The position numbers were made by a program, and so were the translations under genes. The notes beneath the pieces were generated by a model. That model was given only the letters and a program-made list of their open reading frames with translations. It was not told the origin of the DNA and made no database searches. A DNA stretch of 64,000 nucleotides from Thermoleophilia bacterium (GTDB lineage Bacteria; Actinomycetota; Thermoleophilia; Gaiellales; JAICJC01): contig JAICYJ010000009.1 of NCBI GenBank assembly GCA_025934255.1, positions 2,804 through 66,803 of the forward strand, given 5' to 3'. Position 1 is the stretch's first letter. Each line of letters starts with the position of its first letter. Shown in pieces: positions 1 to 8,099 of this stretch.

Positions 1-1628
1 TGCGTGAGCAGATGTTCGCCGAACACGGTCTTGTCCCTGCGGTCGAGGATCGCGTCCGGCACCCGCCCGCGCAGGCAGCGTTTCACCAGTGTCTTCCTGC
101 GCGTGTCGGGATACTTGACCTCGGCTCGCAGGCTCAGGAAGAACTCCCACAGGTCGACGTCCACGAATGGGCGGCGGACGTCCACGCCATGGATCGCCGC
201 CACCACCTCGTCGGCGGCCAGTGTCTCGGAGGAGCCGCCGAACGAGGCGGTCTGCAGGTTCACCCATCGCTGCCGCGCCGGCGTCAGCAGGTCGGGCCGC
301 GGGATCGTCGTCACCTCGCGGTTGGTGATCCAATCCGGCGGCGGGACGGCGCGCTTGACACCGCGCCAGTTGAGGAAGCTGTTGGCCATCCGTCCGGGCA
401 CCAGCGACGGCAGGAACTGCCTGGCGATGAACGGCCAGCGGGCTCCCCGGCGGCGCTGGGTGCGAACGAGCGACGCAACCGCCGAGAGCCGGCCGTGCAT
501 CAGCAGGTGCCCGGCCAGGTCCCCGCGGCTGTCGATCACGTACTCGGCCAGCTCGCCGGTCAGGAGCGAGCGATGACCTAGCCGGCGCGCCAGCGCGTAG
601 TTCTCGTCCAGCTCCGGCACGGAGACGATCGGCGTCGGGCTGTCCAGCAGGTCGCCCCAGCGCTGCACGTCGTCAAGGCCCTTGGCCTGCGGCCGGTAGG
701 TGTGCAGCGGCATGCCCAGATGCTCTGCCACCAGCGAGATCCAGCCGCTCTCGTCCACGCTGGGCAGGTCGGGAAACACGGCCGACAGGGCCGCGACCGG
801 CCTGCCGAACCGCTGCTCGTGCCCGGGAGCGGCGAACGCGGCGACGGCCGGCGAGTCGATGCCGCCCGACAGCGACACCCCGTCGTTCCCGCTCAGGCAG
901 CGCCCGACCGCCTGATCGAACAGCTCGGTGAAACGCTCCTCGGTCTCGGCGACGGTGAAGCGGCCGGTCTCCACCAGCTGCTCCGGTTCCCAGTAGCGGT
1001 CGGCGCGCCGGCGACCGCCGCGATCGTGCGACAACACGGTGGCGGCCGCCATCCGCTTGACACCCTTGACCGCGCAGTCGGCGTCGGTCGCTCCGCCCTG
1101 CCCGTAGAAGATGCGCTCCACGGCGTCCAGATCGGGCTCGCGAGGGATGCCTGCGCCCGCCAGAACCTGTTTCGCTTCGCTCGCGAGGTGCACCGCACGG
1201 CCGTCCTCGCAGTAGTACACCGCGCGAAATCCGACCTGGTCGCGGAAGCTCCAGATCCGCTCGCCGTCGGTGACGGCGGCGGCGAACTGCCCGCGCAGGC
1301 GAGCGGGGGCGCCCTCACCCCACACGCGGAACGCCTCCTCGACGATGTCGGCAGGCGTCTCGCCGGCGGCCGCTCGTCCGTGCGCCGCCAGCTGCTGGCG
1401 CAGGTCGGCGGCGTTGTCGAGCCTGCCCGAGAACGCGGCAACCAGGCCGTTTCCCGACGATATGGAGCCGTCGGCGACGTCATCCTCCTGGGACACACCG
1501 AGGGCCACCGCGCCGTGCTCCCGCACCTGCTGGGCGCCCCCGCGATGCGGTGCGGCATCCAGCATCAGGCGGACGCGATCCGGCTCAGCCGGTCCTGCCC
1601 TGCTGAGTCGTGCCGCGAGGGATCCCAT
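1..1628 (-). CDS. asparagine synthetase-related protein, lasso-cyclase-like (3' end lies beyond the left window edge)
   Basis: Absent from the ORF track because it runs off the edge. My translation of the minus strand from ATG at 1628 (in-frame TGA three codons upstream, purine-rich GAGGGAGG just upstream) gives MGSLAARLSRAGPAEPDRVRLMLDAAPHRGG... and stays open to position 1. It has the PP-loop SLSGGIDSPAVAAF and an AsnB-like C-terminal half. The N-terminus lacks the Cys2 glutaminase nucleophile. Confidence 0.8.
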   Translation of the reverse strand, partial: MGSLAARLSRAGPAEPDRVRLMLDAAPHRGGAQQVREHGAVALGVSQEDDVADGSISSGNGLVAAFSGRLDNAADLRQQLAAHGRAAAGETPADIVEEAFRVWGEGAPARLRGQFAAAVTDGERIWSFRDQVGFRAVYYCEDGRAVHLASEAKQVLAGAGIPREPDLDAVERIFYGQGGATDADCAVKGVKRMAAATVLSHDRGGRRRADRYWEPEQLVETGRFTVAETEERFTELFDQAVGRCLSGNDGVSLSGGIDSPAVAAFAAPGHEQRFGRPVAALSAVFPDLPSVDESGWISLVAEHLGMPLHTYRPQAKGLDDVQRWGDLLDSPTPIVSVPELDENYALARRLGHRSLLTGELAEYVIDSRGDLAGHLLMHGRLSAVASLVRTQRRRGARWPFIARQFLPSLVPGRMANSFLNWRGVKRAVPPPDWITNREVTTIPRPDLLTPARQRWVNLQTASFGGSSETLAADEVVAAIHGVDVRRPFVDVDLWEFFLSLRAEVKYPDTRRKTLVKRCLRGRVPDAILDRRDKTVFGEHLLT

Positions 1629-1701
1629 CCTCCCTCAGTGTAGTGATGGGCGTGCGTCTGTCCAGTCAACCGAAAGCGCCCATAACTCGTCACCATGAGG
1701 G

Positions 1702-1729
1702 TTGACACGGCCCTGGTCGGAGGTATAGT
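1702..1729 (+). promoter_or_regulatory. sigma-70-type promoter candidate for the precursor/ABC/PqqD operon (TTGACA-N16-TATAGT)
   Basis: TTGACA at 1702-1707 and TATAGT at 1724-1729 with a 16-nt spacer, about 45 nt upstream of the GTG at 1776. A near-consensus match in a GC-rich background. Confidence 0.45.
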
Positions 1730-1775
1730 TGCCTTGGCTTCCTAGTTGTCCTTGATATGAAGAGGGGGGTACTCC

Positions 1776-1949
1776 GTGAAGTACGTAGCTCCGGTGGTGG
1801 TTGACTTCGGCTCGATCGCCGACCACACGTTCGTCCACACGAACAAGACCGGCCACACGGTCCACAAGGATCACATCGTTTGTGAGACCGACAAGTTCGG
1901 CGAGTATTCGTGCGGTAGCCACGGCGGCTCGGTAGGCTCGAGCGGCTAA
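1776..1949 (+). CDS. RiPP precursor peptide candidate (lasso-type leader), 57 aa
   Basis: Below the ORF-track size cutoff. GTG start 6 nt after AGAGGGGGG. Translation: MKYVAPVVVDFGSIADHTFVHTNKTGHTVHKDHIVCETDKFGEYSCGSHGGSVGSSG. Residues 3-19 fit YxxPx(L/V)x3Gx5Tx with exact spacing. It sits between the Asn-synthetase-like gene and the ABC/PqqD genes. Confidence 0.6.
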   Translation: MKYVAPVVVDFGSIADHTFVHTNKTGHTVHKDHIVCETDKFGEYSCGSHGGSVGSSG

Positions 1950-1973
1950 CGAGCGCTTGTCGTTCTGACCGGA

Positions 1974-2960
1974 TTGACGGGCAGTTCATCCGGGGGCGCA
2001 AACCCCCTGAGCGCTGTCCTGGATGCTCGTGACGTTACCCGGTCGTTCGGTGATAAGCAGGTTCTGTCCGGCGTCGACCTTCGGGTCGGCGCCGGACGTA
2101 TCTCTGCGCTGCTTGGCCCCAACGGCGCCGGCAAGACCACGTTCCTGCGGATCCTGACGGGGCTGCTGCTGGCAGAGGGCGGCCACGTGTCGGTGGCCGG
2201 CATCGACGTGGGCCAGGACCCGATGGCCGCTCGTCGCCACATCGGGTTCTTCCCGTCGGCCGACCGCACCTTCTACAACCGCCTCAGCGGCCTCGAGAAC
2301 CTGGCCTTCTTCGGGCGCATGTACGGCATACGCCGTCAGGAGGCGCTGGCGCGTGCCCGCAAGCGCCTGGTCGACGTGGGGCTCAGCGACGCCGTCGACC
2401 AGCGCGTGGGGCTATACAGTCACGGCATGCAGAAGCGACTCTCGATGGCCCGCGCCCTGTTGATGGATCCACCGGTGCTGGTGATCGACGAGGCCACGGA
2501 CGGGCTCGACCCCGAGGGCGCCCGCCGGGTACAGGACCTGACCCGCTCGATCGCAGCCGACGGCACCGCCGTGATCTGGACCACCCAGAGGCTGGACGAG
2601 ATCCGCGGGTTCGCCGACGCGGTCACCGTGCTCGACCAGGGTCGCACCACCTTCCAGGGTACCGTCGAGGATCTGATGCTGAAGTCGAGCGCGCGCGGGT
2701 ACCTGCTGCGGCTGCGCACAGCCGACGCGACACTGGACGACGACGCGTCGAGGCGGGCCGCGGCGGCGCTGGGCGATCGCGGAAAGCTGGCGCGGGTGGG
2801 CACCGACCGCGAGCACTTCCGGCTCGACCTGGAGGAGCACGCGGTGCTGGGCGAGGTGCTGGCAGATCTCTCGGCCACCGGTGTCGTCGTGCTCGACTGC
2901 GCCCAGCAGCGCTCAGAGCTGGAGGAGTCGTTCCTGCGGCTGACGACGGCCAGGACGTGA
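1974..2960 (+). CDS. ABC transporter ATP-binding protein
   Basis: Walker A GPNGAGKTT, signature-like SHGMQKRLS, Walker B LVIDEATDGLD. TTG start as in the ORF track (the exact start is uncertain). Confidence 0.9.
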   Translation: MTGSSSGGANPLSAVLDARDVTRSFGDKQVLSGVDLRVGAGRISALLGPNGAGKTTFLRILTGLLLAEGGHVSVAGIDVGQDPMAARRHIGFFPSADRTFYNRLSGLENLAFFGRMYGIRRQEALARARKRLVDVGLSDAVDQRVGLYSHGMQKRLSMARALLMDPPVLVIDEATDGLDPEGARRVQDLTRSIAADGTAVIWTTQRLDEIRGFADAVTVLDQGRTTFQGTVEDLMLKSSARGYLLRLRTADATLDDDASRRAAAALGDRGKLARVGTDREHFRLDLEEHAVLGEVLADLSATGVVVLDCAQQRSELEESFLRLTTART

Positions 2961-3787
2961 CCGGCACGAGATCGGGCGCGCTGGCCGAGGCGTTGAAGCT
3001 CGGGGCGTTCTTCCGACGCGATCTGCTGGTGCGGCTGAGCTACCGCGGAGCCATCGTCAGCGACTGGATCAACCTGTTCGCCCAGGCCCTGGTGTTCTCG
3101 TTCGTGTCCAAGCTGGTGCATCCGATCCACATCAACGGCGGCGGTCGCACCTCCTATATCGCCTTCGTCACCGTCGGGATCGCGGTGGCGGGCTTCATGG
3201 CCGTCGGGCTGGCGCGGCTGGTCAGCGCCATCCAGCAGGAGCAGTCGCTGGGAACGCTGGAGTCGCTGATGGTCACCCCCACCACCGCCAGCGTGGTGCT
3301 GCTTGGCTCGGTCATCTACGACCTGATCTACGTCCCGTTCCGCACGGTCATTTTCCTGATCATCGTGTCGATCGTGTTCAACGTCAGCTTCGCGGCCAGC
3401 GGGTACATCCCCGCGCTGCTGATCCTGGCTGCGTTCATCCCGTTCGTGTGGGGGCTCGGATCGATCGCGTCGGCCGGCGTGCTCACCTTCCGGCGCGGCT
3501 CGGGAGCGATCGGGTTCCTGGCCTTCGCGCTGACGTTCACGTCGGGCGCGTACTTCCCGCTGGCGCTGTTCCCGTCGTGGGTCGCCCCACTGGCCAGCAT
3601 CAATCCGATCGGGATCGCGATCACCGGCATGCGAGCGCAGCTGATCGGCGGCGCGGGGTGGCACGATGCGCTGGTCACCATCGCCAAGCTGGTGCCGTTG
3701 TCGGGGATCACGCTGCTGCTGGGGCTGTACGCCTTCCGGCTGGCGATGCGCCGCGAGCGGCGACTCGGTACGCTCGGCCTGTACTGA
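2957..3787 (+). CDS. ABC-2 type transporter permease
   Basis: 276-aa polytopic hydrophobic protein. GTGA start/stop overlap with the ATPase gene. Confidence 0.85.
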   Translation: MTGTRSGALAEALKLGAFFRRDLLVRLSYRGAIVSDWINLFAQALVFSFVSKLVHPIHINGGGRTSYIAFVTVGIAVAGFMAVGLARLVSAIQQEQSLGTLESLMVTPTTASVVLLGSVIYDLIYVPFRTVIFLIIVSIVFNVSFAASGYIPALLILAAFIPFVWGLGSIASAGVLTFRRGSGAIGFLAFALTFTSGAYFPLALFPSWVAPLASINPIGIAITGMRAQLIGGAGWHDALVTIAKLVPLSGITLLLGLYAFRLAMRRERRLGTLGLY

Positions 3788-3804
3788 CAAGGAGCGACTA
3801 ACGC

Positions 3805-4089
3805 ATGATCGACCCGACCACTCGAATCAGCCGCAACCCGGACGTCGTCTTCCGCTCGCTGGAGGAGGAGCAGGGCGGCGTGCTCCTGCACCTGCAGTCG
3901 GGCGCCTATCACGGGCTGAACCAGTTCGGCTCGCTGATCTGGGGGCTGCTCGAGAACGAGACGCGGTTTGCCGACCTGGTTAACGGCGTGCGGGCCGAGA
4001 CGGAGGATGCGCCGGCCTCGCTCGACGAGGACGTGTCCGGCTTCGTCGAGGACCTGAGCGCGCGCGACCTCGTGCAGCTGACGCCCTAG
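3805..4089 (+). CDS. PqqD family protein (RiPP recognition element, lasso B1-like)
   Basis: 94 aa. The pattern RNPDVVFRSLEEEQGGVLLHLQSGAYHGLNQFGSLIW is typical of PqqD/RRE proteins. AAGGAG RBS upstream. Confidence 0.85.
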   Translation: MIDPTTRISRNPDVVFRSLEEEQGGVLLHLQSGAYHGLNQFGSLIWGLLENETRFADLVNGVRAETEDAPASLDEDVSGFVEDLSARDLVQLTP

Positions 4090-4102
4090 CGTCCCCCGGT
4101 GT

Positions 4103-5632
4103 TCACGAGCTGGGCCGTGTGCGTCCCGATGCACGTCCGATCCGGGCGAACCGGCCGAGTATCAGGTTGTCCTCTTCGTCGAACGACGAGGTGGCCAGCA
4201 GGGCCGTCGCGTAGGCGAGGGTTGCGCCGGCCGCGCCGCCGATGATTGCGAGCGCAGCCGGCTCGGAGTCCAACAGCACGCGCAGTCCGGCCGCGGTCAG
4301 CACGAACACGGTCAGTGCCAGCCCCACCGGCCGCGACCAGTCGCCGAACGGCTGCATGCCGAGCACGCGGTACACCTGCCACAGCCGGATCAGGTTCCAG
4401 ATCACGATCGATATCCCCCAGGCCAGGCCGGCGCCGACCATGCCGTAGGGCGGGATCAGCGCTACGTTCAGAACCACGTTCAGCACCAGCGCGATCACGC
4501 TGTTCTTGAGCACCAGGTCGGCGCGCCCGATCATCGTCACCACGTGGCCGCAGGGGCCGGTCGCGGCGTTCACCGTCTGCCCGATCGCGAGCAGCGCCAG
4601 CGGCCACGCGCCGCGAGCGTAGCTGGGTCCGTACAGGAGCGTCACGATCGGCAGCGCGAACAACGTCAGGAACAGGAGCGGCGGGCAGCCGGCGATGGTC
4701 GACCACTTGGTGGCGAACCGGTACATGCGGTACAGCCCGGCGTGGTCGGAGAGTGCGTACAGCCGCCCGATCTGGGGCTGGAACGCGATCCCGATCGGCA
4801 GGATGAACATCATTCCGAACAGGACGGTGCGGGTCGCGATCGAGTAGACCGCGACATCGGCGGGCGGGCGCCACAGCCCCAGCAGCAGTGTGTCCGCCCA
4901 CAGCAGCCCCACGCCGGCCAGCGATGCGCCCCACTGGTTGGCGCTGAACCGGATCAGCGCGCCGGTCTCGACGCCGGCGGCCTGCCGCAGCGTGCCGGTC
5001 ACCCCGCGCGCCGCCAGGGCGGCCGCGGCAAGCGTCAGATAGGACGCGATCGTGAACGCCACCGCCGTGCCATCGAGGCCGTAGCCGAGCGCCAGCGCGA
5101 AGGCCACCAGCGCCACTCGCAGCACGCCGTCGGTGACCTGGTCGACCACTACGAACGCCTTCATGCGGCCGGTGCCGCGGGTGGCGCCGATCAGCACCAT
5201 CTGCAGCGTCACCGCCGGCAGTGACAGCACCATCACCCGCAGCACGTACTGCAGGTCGTGTGCGCCGAACAGGTCGGACAGCTGCGGCGCCAGCGCGAAC
5301 ACCAGCGCCGCGATCGCGATCGACGCCCCCCCGGCCAGCAGCACCGACAGCGCCACCGCCGCGCGCGCGCGGTCATGCTCCCCCCGCGCGCGGTGCACCG
5401 CCACGTAGCGGATCGCGGTCACGTCGAGGCCGAGCACGGCCAGCACCGACAGCAGCCGCACGGCCGCGAACCCTTCGAAGAAGACGCCGGCCGCATCCTG
5501 GTTCAGGGAGCGGCCGATCATCAGCACCAGGGCGAACTGCATGGCGTTGGCCGCGGCCAGTCCCACGAAGTTCATTGCCGATCGCTGGACGAGCGTGGTT
5601 GTCTCAGGCTTGGCTGCGTCGTCCACGGTCAT
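4103..5632 (-). CDS. MOP-superfamily flippase (polysaccharide biosynthesis protein / Wzx-like)
   Basis: 509-aa polytopic membrane protein with Wzx/MOP-like N-terminal region (SAMNFVGLAAANAMQFALVLMIGRSL...). Confidence 0.8.
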   Translation of the reverse strand: MTVDDAAKPETTTLVQRSAMNFVGLAAANAMQFALVLMIGRSLNQDAAGVFFEGFAAVRLLSVLAVLGLDVTAIRYVAVHRARGEHDRARAAVALSVLLAGGASIAIAALVFALAPQLSDLFGAHDLQYVLRVMVLSLPAVTLQMVLIGATRGTGRMKAFVVVDQVTDGVLRVALVAFALALGYGLDGTAVAFTIASYLTLAAAALAARGVTGTLRQAAGVETGALIRFSANQWGASLAGVGLLWADTLLLGLWRPPADVAVYSIATRTVLFGMMFILPIGIAFQPQIGRLYALSDHAGLYRMYRFATKWSTIAGCPPLLFLTLFALPIVTLLYGPSYARGAWPLALLAIGQTVNAATGPCGHVVTMIGRADLVLKNSVIALVLNVVLNVALIPPYGMVGAGLAWGISIVIWNLIRLWQVYRVLGMQPFGDWSRPVGLALTVFVLTAAGLRVLLDSEPAALAIIGGAAGATLAYATALLATSSFDEEDNLILGRFARIGRASGRTRPSS

Positions 5633-5692
5633 CTGCGCTTCCAGTCTACGTGCGCCCCCCTGTGAGCGCGACGCCGGTGACTGCCGGGGCGT

Positions 5693-6583
5693 CTACGTCA
5701 GCGGCACCTGTTCGAGCCGGGCGGCCAGGTCGTCGCAGCGACGCCGGATCTCGGGGTCGATCTCGAGCGGCCGCCGCTCGGGCGCTTCACGACGCTCGAT
5801 GTGCGCGGCCAGCGAGGCGTCGAACGGGAAGTCGAGAAACGCGCAGAGCGCGCGCATGTTCCGGTCAGGGTCGGCCAGGAACCGGTCATAGCAGGCCAGC
5901 GTGACGTCGTCGCGCTGGTCGAGCCCGCGCTCGAAGTAGAGCGAGTTGCGCACGTACCAGAACAGGGCGGCGGCCGACTCGGGCGTCATCGTCGAGTAGT
6001 CGAAGCTCTCGACCAGCGCCCGGTTCTCGGCCGTCATGCCGCGCGCCTGCCAGCGGTGGTCGCCGCGGCCGGCCGCGATCTCGGTCAGCACGTCGAGGTT
6101 GTTGGTGCCGAACTTGGCCAGCGCCGAGCGCACCCGGCCGTCGACGTCGCGGTACGCCCAGATCGCGCGGCCCGGGCTGGGGGTGCCGAGCCCGTCCAGG
6201 ATCTCGTCCACCCGGTGTGAGTCGCAGAGCGGCTTGAACAGCACGTAGCGGTGGCCCGAGCGCATCACCAGGTCTCGCACCACCGGATCGGGCCGCAGCT
6301 GGAACCGCTCAAAGGCGTCGCCGTCGTTCTCGTTTCGCACCTCGAACTCGGGCGATCGCTCCAGCCCGCGCACCAGCATGTTGGTGCCCGAGCGCTGCAC
6401 GCCCACCAGATAGACCGGGACCGCGGCGGGGGCGACCGAGTGGGTGCGCCGCCACCGGCGCTTGCGCAGCGCCAGCGGCACGCGCTCCAGCGGGTTCAGC
6501 TGATCCTCCTCGATCAGCCGCCGGAATCCGTGCGCGCGGCCCCACTCCCAGTGGCGTCGCACGCGGATCCCGATCCAGCGCAT
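5693..6583 (-). CDS. PAPS-dependent sulfotransferase family protein
   Basis: 5'-PSB-like loop LVGVQRSGTNMLVRGL and 3'-PB-like AYRDVDGRVRSAL. I prefer the internal ATG at 6583 (MRWIGIRV...); the ORF track extends to 6670. Confidence 0.8.
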   Translation of the reverse strand: MRWIGIRVRRHWEWGRAHGFRRLIEEDQLNPLERVPLALRKRRWRRTHSVAPAAVPVYLVGVQRSGTNMLVRGLERSPEFEVRNENDGDAFERFQLRPDPVVRDLVMRSGHRYVLFKPLCDSHRVDEILDGLGTPSPGRAIWAYRDVDGRVRSALAKFGTNNLDVLTEIAAGRGDHRWQARGMTAENRALVESFDYSTMTPESAAALFWYVRNSLYFERGLDQRDDVTLACYDRFLADPDRNMRALCAFLDFPFDASLAAHIERREAPERRPLEIDPEIRRRCDDLAARLEQVPLT

Positions 6584-6822
6584 GCGCGACTCTCGTCCGC
6601 TCTCGGTCTGCACGATCCGCAGTGTTGCAGAAGGGGTGCGTCGCCGGATGCGACAACGCGGCGCTCGCACCTCTTAGCACGCTGTAAATAATCAGTAAGA
6701 CTAGCGTCCAGCTAGTAACGCAAGTAGTCGGGATTGCCGATACAGCCCTCGTATCAGGGGTGCATGCGCGGGGTGGGGCGGCGCGCCGCACACGCAGCCA
6801 CAACACCACTCGGGGGGATTCG

Positions 6823-8028
6823 TTGAAACGGTTACTTGCGGCCGCCGTGGCTGCGATCGCGACGACGCTCATGGTCACGAACGCAAGCGGCACGAGCTCG
6901 ATGAGCATGGCAAGCGTGGGATTTGCCAGCAGTGAGAACGGCATCCATCTATGGGCTCCGATGCACACGGCTCCGCAGAGGTTCACGACGCAGGCGGCTG
7001 CAGTGGACGCCGCCAAGCGTTTCGACTTGATCACGTTCAATCCAGCTCAGCTGGGCGGCTATGCCTCGGCGATGAAGGCTGCCAATCCCAATCTCAAGCT
7101 GTACGTCTATCTGAACGGCACCTTCCTCTACAAGCGGCTCTACGGCACGGTCGACCCGTCGATGCTCTCGCACGACGCGCAGGGCCGTGTCGTGCAGTCG
7201 CACGGGTACGGCAACTACCTGGCCGATCCGGGCGACCCCAACTGGGTCTCCTACGTGCAGCAGTCGTGCGCGAAGCTGCTGTCCGGAACCGTCTACGACG
7301 GCTGTTACCTGGACATGCTGGGCACGGCGCCGCTGTGGCCCGGCTACGCCACCGGGCTGCCCATCAACCCGGCCACCGGCCAGGTCTGGACGCGTCTTGA
7401 CTGGCTGGATGCGACCAGCGCGCTGGCCGCCAGGGTGGCGTCGTTCACCGGCAAGTCCGTGCTCGGCAACGGCCTTGGCAACGGGACCCGGTACTTCGCA
7501 CCGGGCGCGCCCAGCAAGCTGCTGCTGAGCGGTGCGACCGGGGTCAGCGCCGAGGCCTGGACGCGGCAGGCGGGTGCTCCGCTGGCCCGCTTCGAGCCGA
7601 CCAAGGCCTGGGTGCAGGACGTGGACATGCTGAGCGATGCGAGTTCCACGGGCGGTCTGGCGCTGACCATCACCAAGACCTGGACGGCCGGCACTGCCGA
7701 TCAGAAGGAGGACGCCCGCAGGTTCGCGCTGGCCAGCTTCCTGCTCGGCAACGACGGCAACTCGTACTTCTACTTCACGGCCAACAGGACCGATCCGGCC
7801 ACGCTGGACGATCCGCTGTACCACCTGCAGATCGGCACGCCGACCGGTCCCTACGTGGTGCAGAGCGGCGTCTACGTGCGCAACTTCACCAACGGGAAGG
7901 TCATGGTCAACACGACCGATTCGCCGGTCTCGATCGATCTGGGCGGTGCCTACCGCCGCTCGGATGGGAGCTTCGCGCTGGGTGCCACGCTGCCCGCGCA
8001 CGGCTCTCAGATCTTCACCACCAGCTGA
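6823..8028 (+). CDS. secreted protein, putative glycoside hydrolase-like (function is low confidence)
   Basis: TTG at 6823 follows GGGGGGA. The signal-peptide-like N-terminus is LKRLLAAAVAAIATTLMVTNASG. The body (..DGCYLDMLG..) reminds me of GHL-type TIM-barrel hydrolases, but this is unverified. Confidence 0.5.
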   Translation: MKRLLAAAVAAIATTLMVTNASGTSSMSMASVGFASSENGIHLWAPMHTAPQRFTTQAAAVDAAKRFDLITFNPAQLGGYASAMKAANPNLKLYVYLNGTFLYKRLYGTVDPSMLSHDAQGRVVQSHGYGNYLADPGDPNWVSYVQQSCAKLLSGTVYDGCYLDMLGTAPLWPGYATGLPINPATGQVWTRLDWLDATSALAARVASFTGKSVLGNGLGNGTRYFAPGAPSKLLLSGATGVSAEAWTRQAGAPLARFEPTKAWVQDVDMLSDASSTGGLALTITKTWTAGTADQKEDARRFALASFLLGNDGNSYFYFTANRTDPATLDDPLYHLQIGTPTGPYVVQSGVYVRNFTNGKVMVNTTDSPVSIDLGGAYRRSDGSFALGATLPAHGSQIFTTS

Positions 8029-8046
8029 TCGGCGTCCCCGGTTCAC

Positions 8047-8075
8047 GGCCCCGGCGGGGACTTCTCGCCGGGGCC
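8047..8075 (+). terminator. GC-rich hairpin (perfect 10-bp stem GGCCCCGGCG/CGCCGGGGCC, 9-nt loop), no T tract
   Basis: Read directly from the sequence, 19 nt after the stop at 8028. Confidence 0.35.
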
Positions 8076-8099
8076 GCGGGCTGGTACCCTCTTCGCGGG

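Noticed and set aside
1635-1922. 95-aa minus-strand ORF antisense to the precursor candidate
   Set aside because: It has no RBS and would span the divergent promoter region. The plus-strand small ORF has an RBS, a promoter and a recognisable leader motif.
1950-1973. Possible attenuator hairpin after the precursor ORF (acga..tcgt)
   Set aside because: The stem is only 4 bp with a 7-nt loop, which is too weak to call.
2420-3790. 456-aa minus-strand ORF
   Set aside because: It is antisense to the ABC ATPase and permease genes. The product is extremely Arg/Asp/Gln-rich and implausible.
5221-5904. 227-aa plus-strand ORF
   Set aside because: It is antisense to the flippase and sulfotransferase genes and is made of Pro/Arg/Ala low-complexity sequence.
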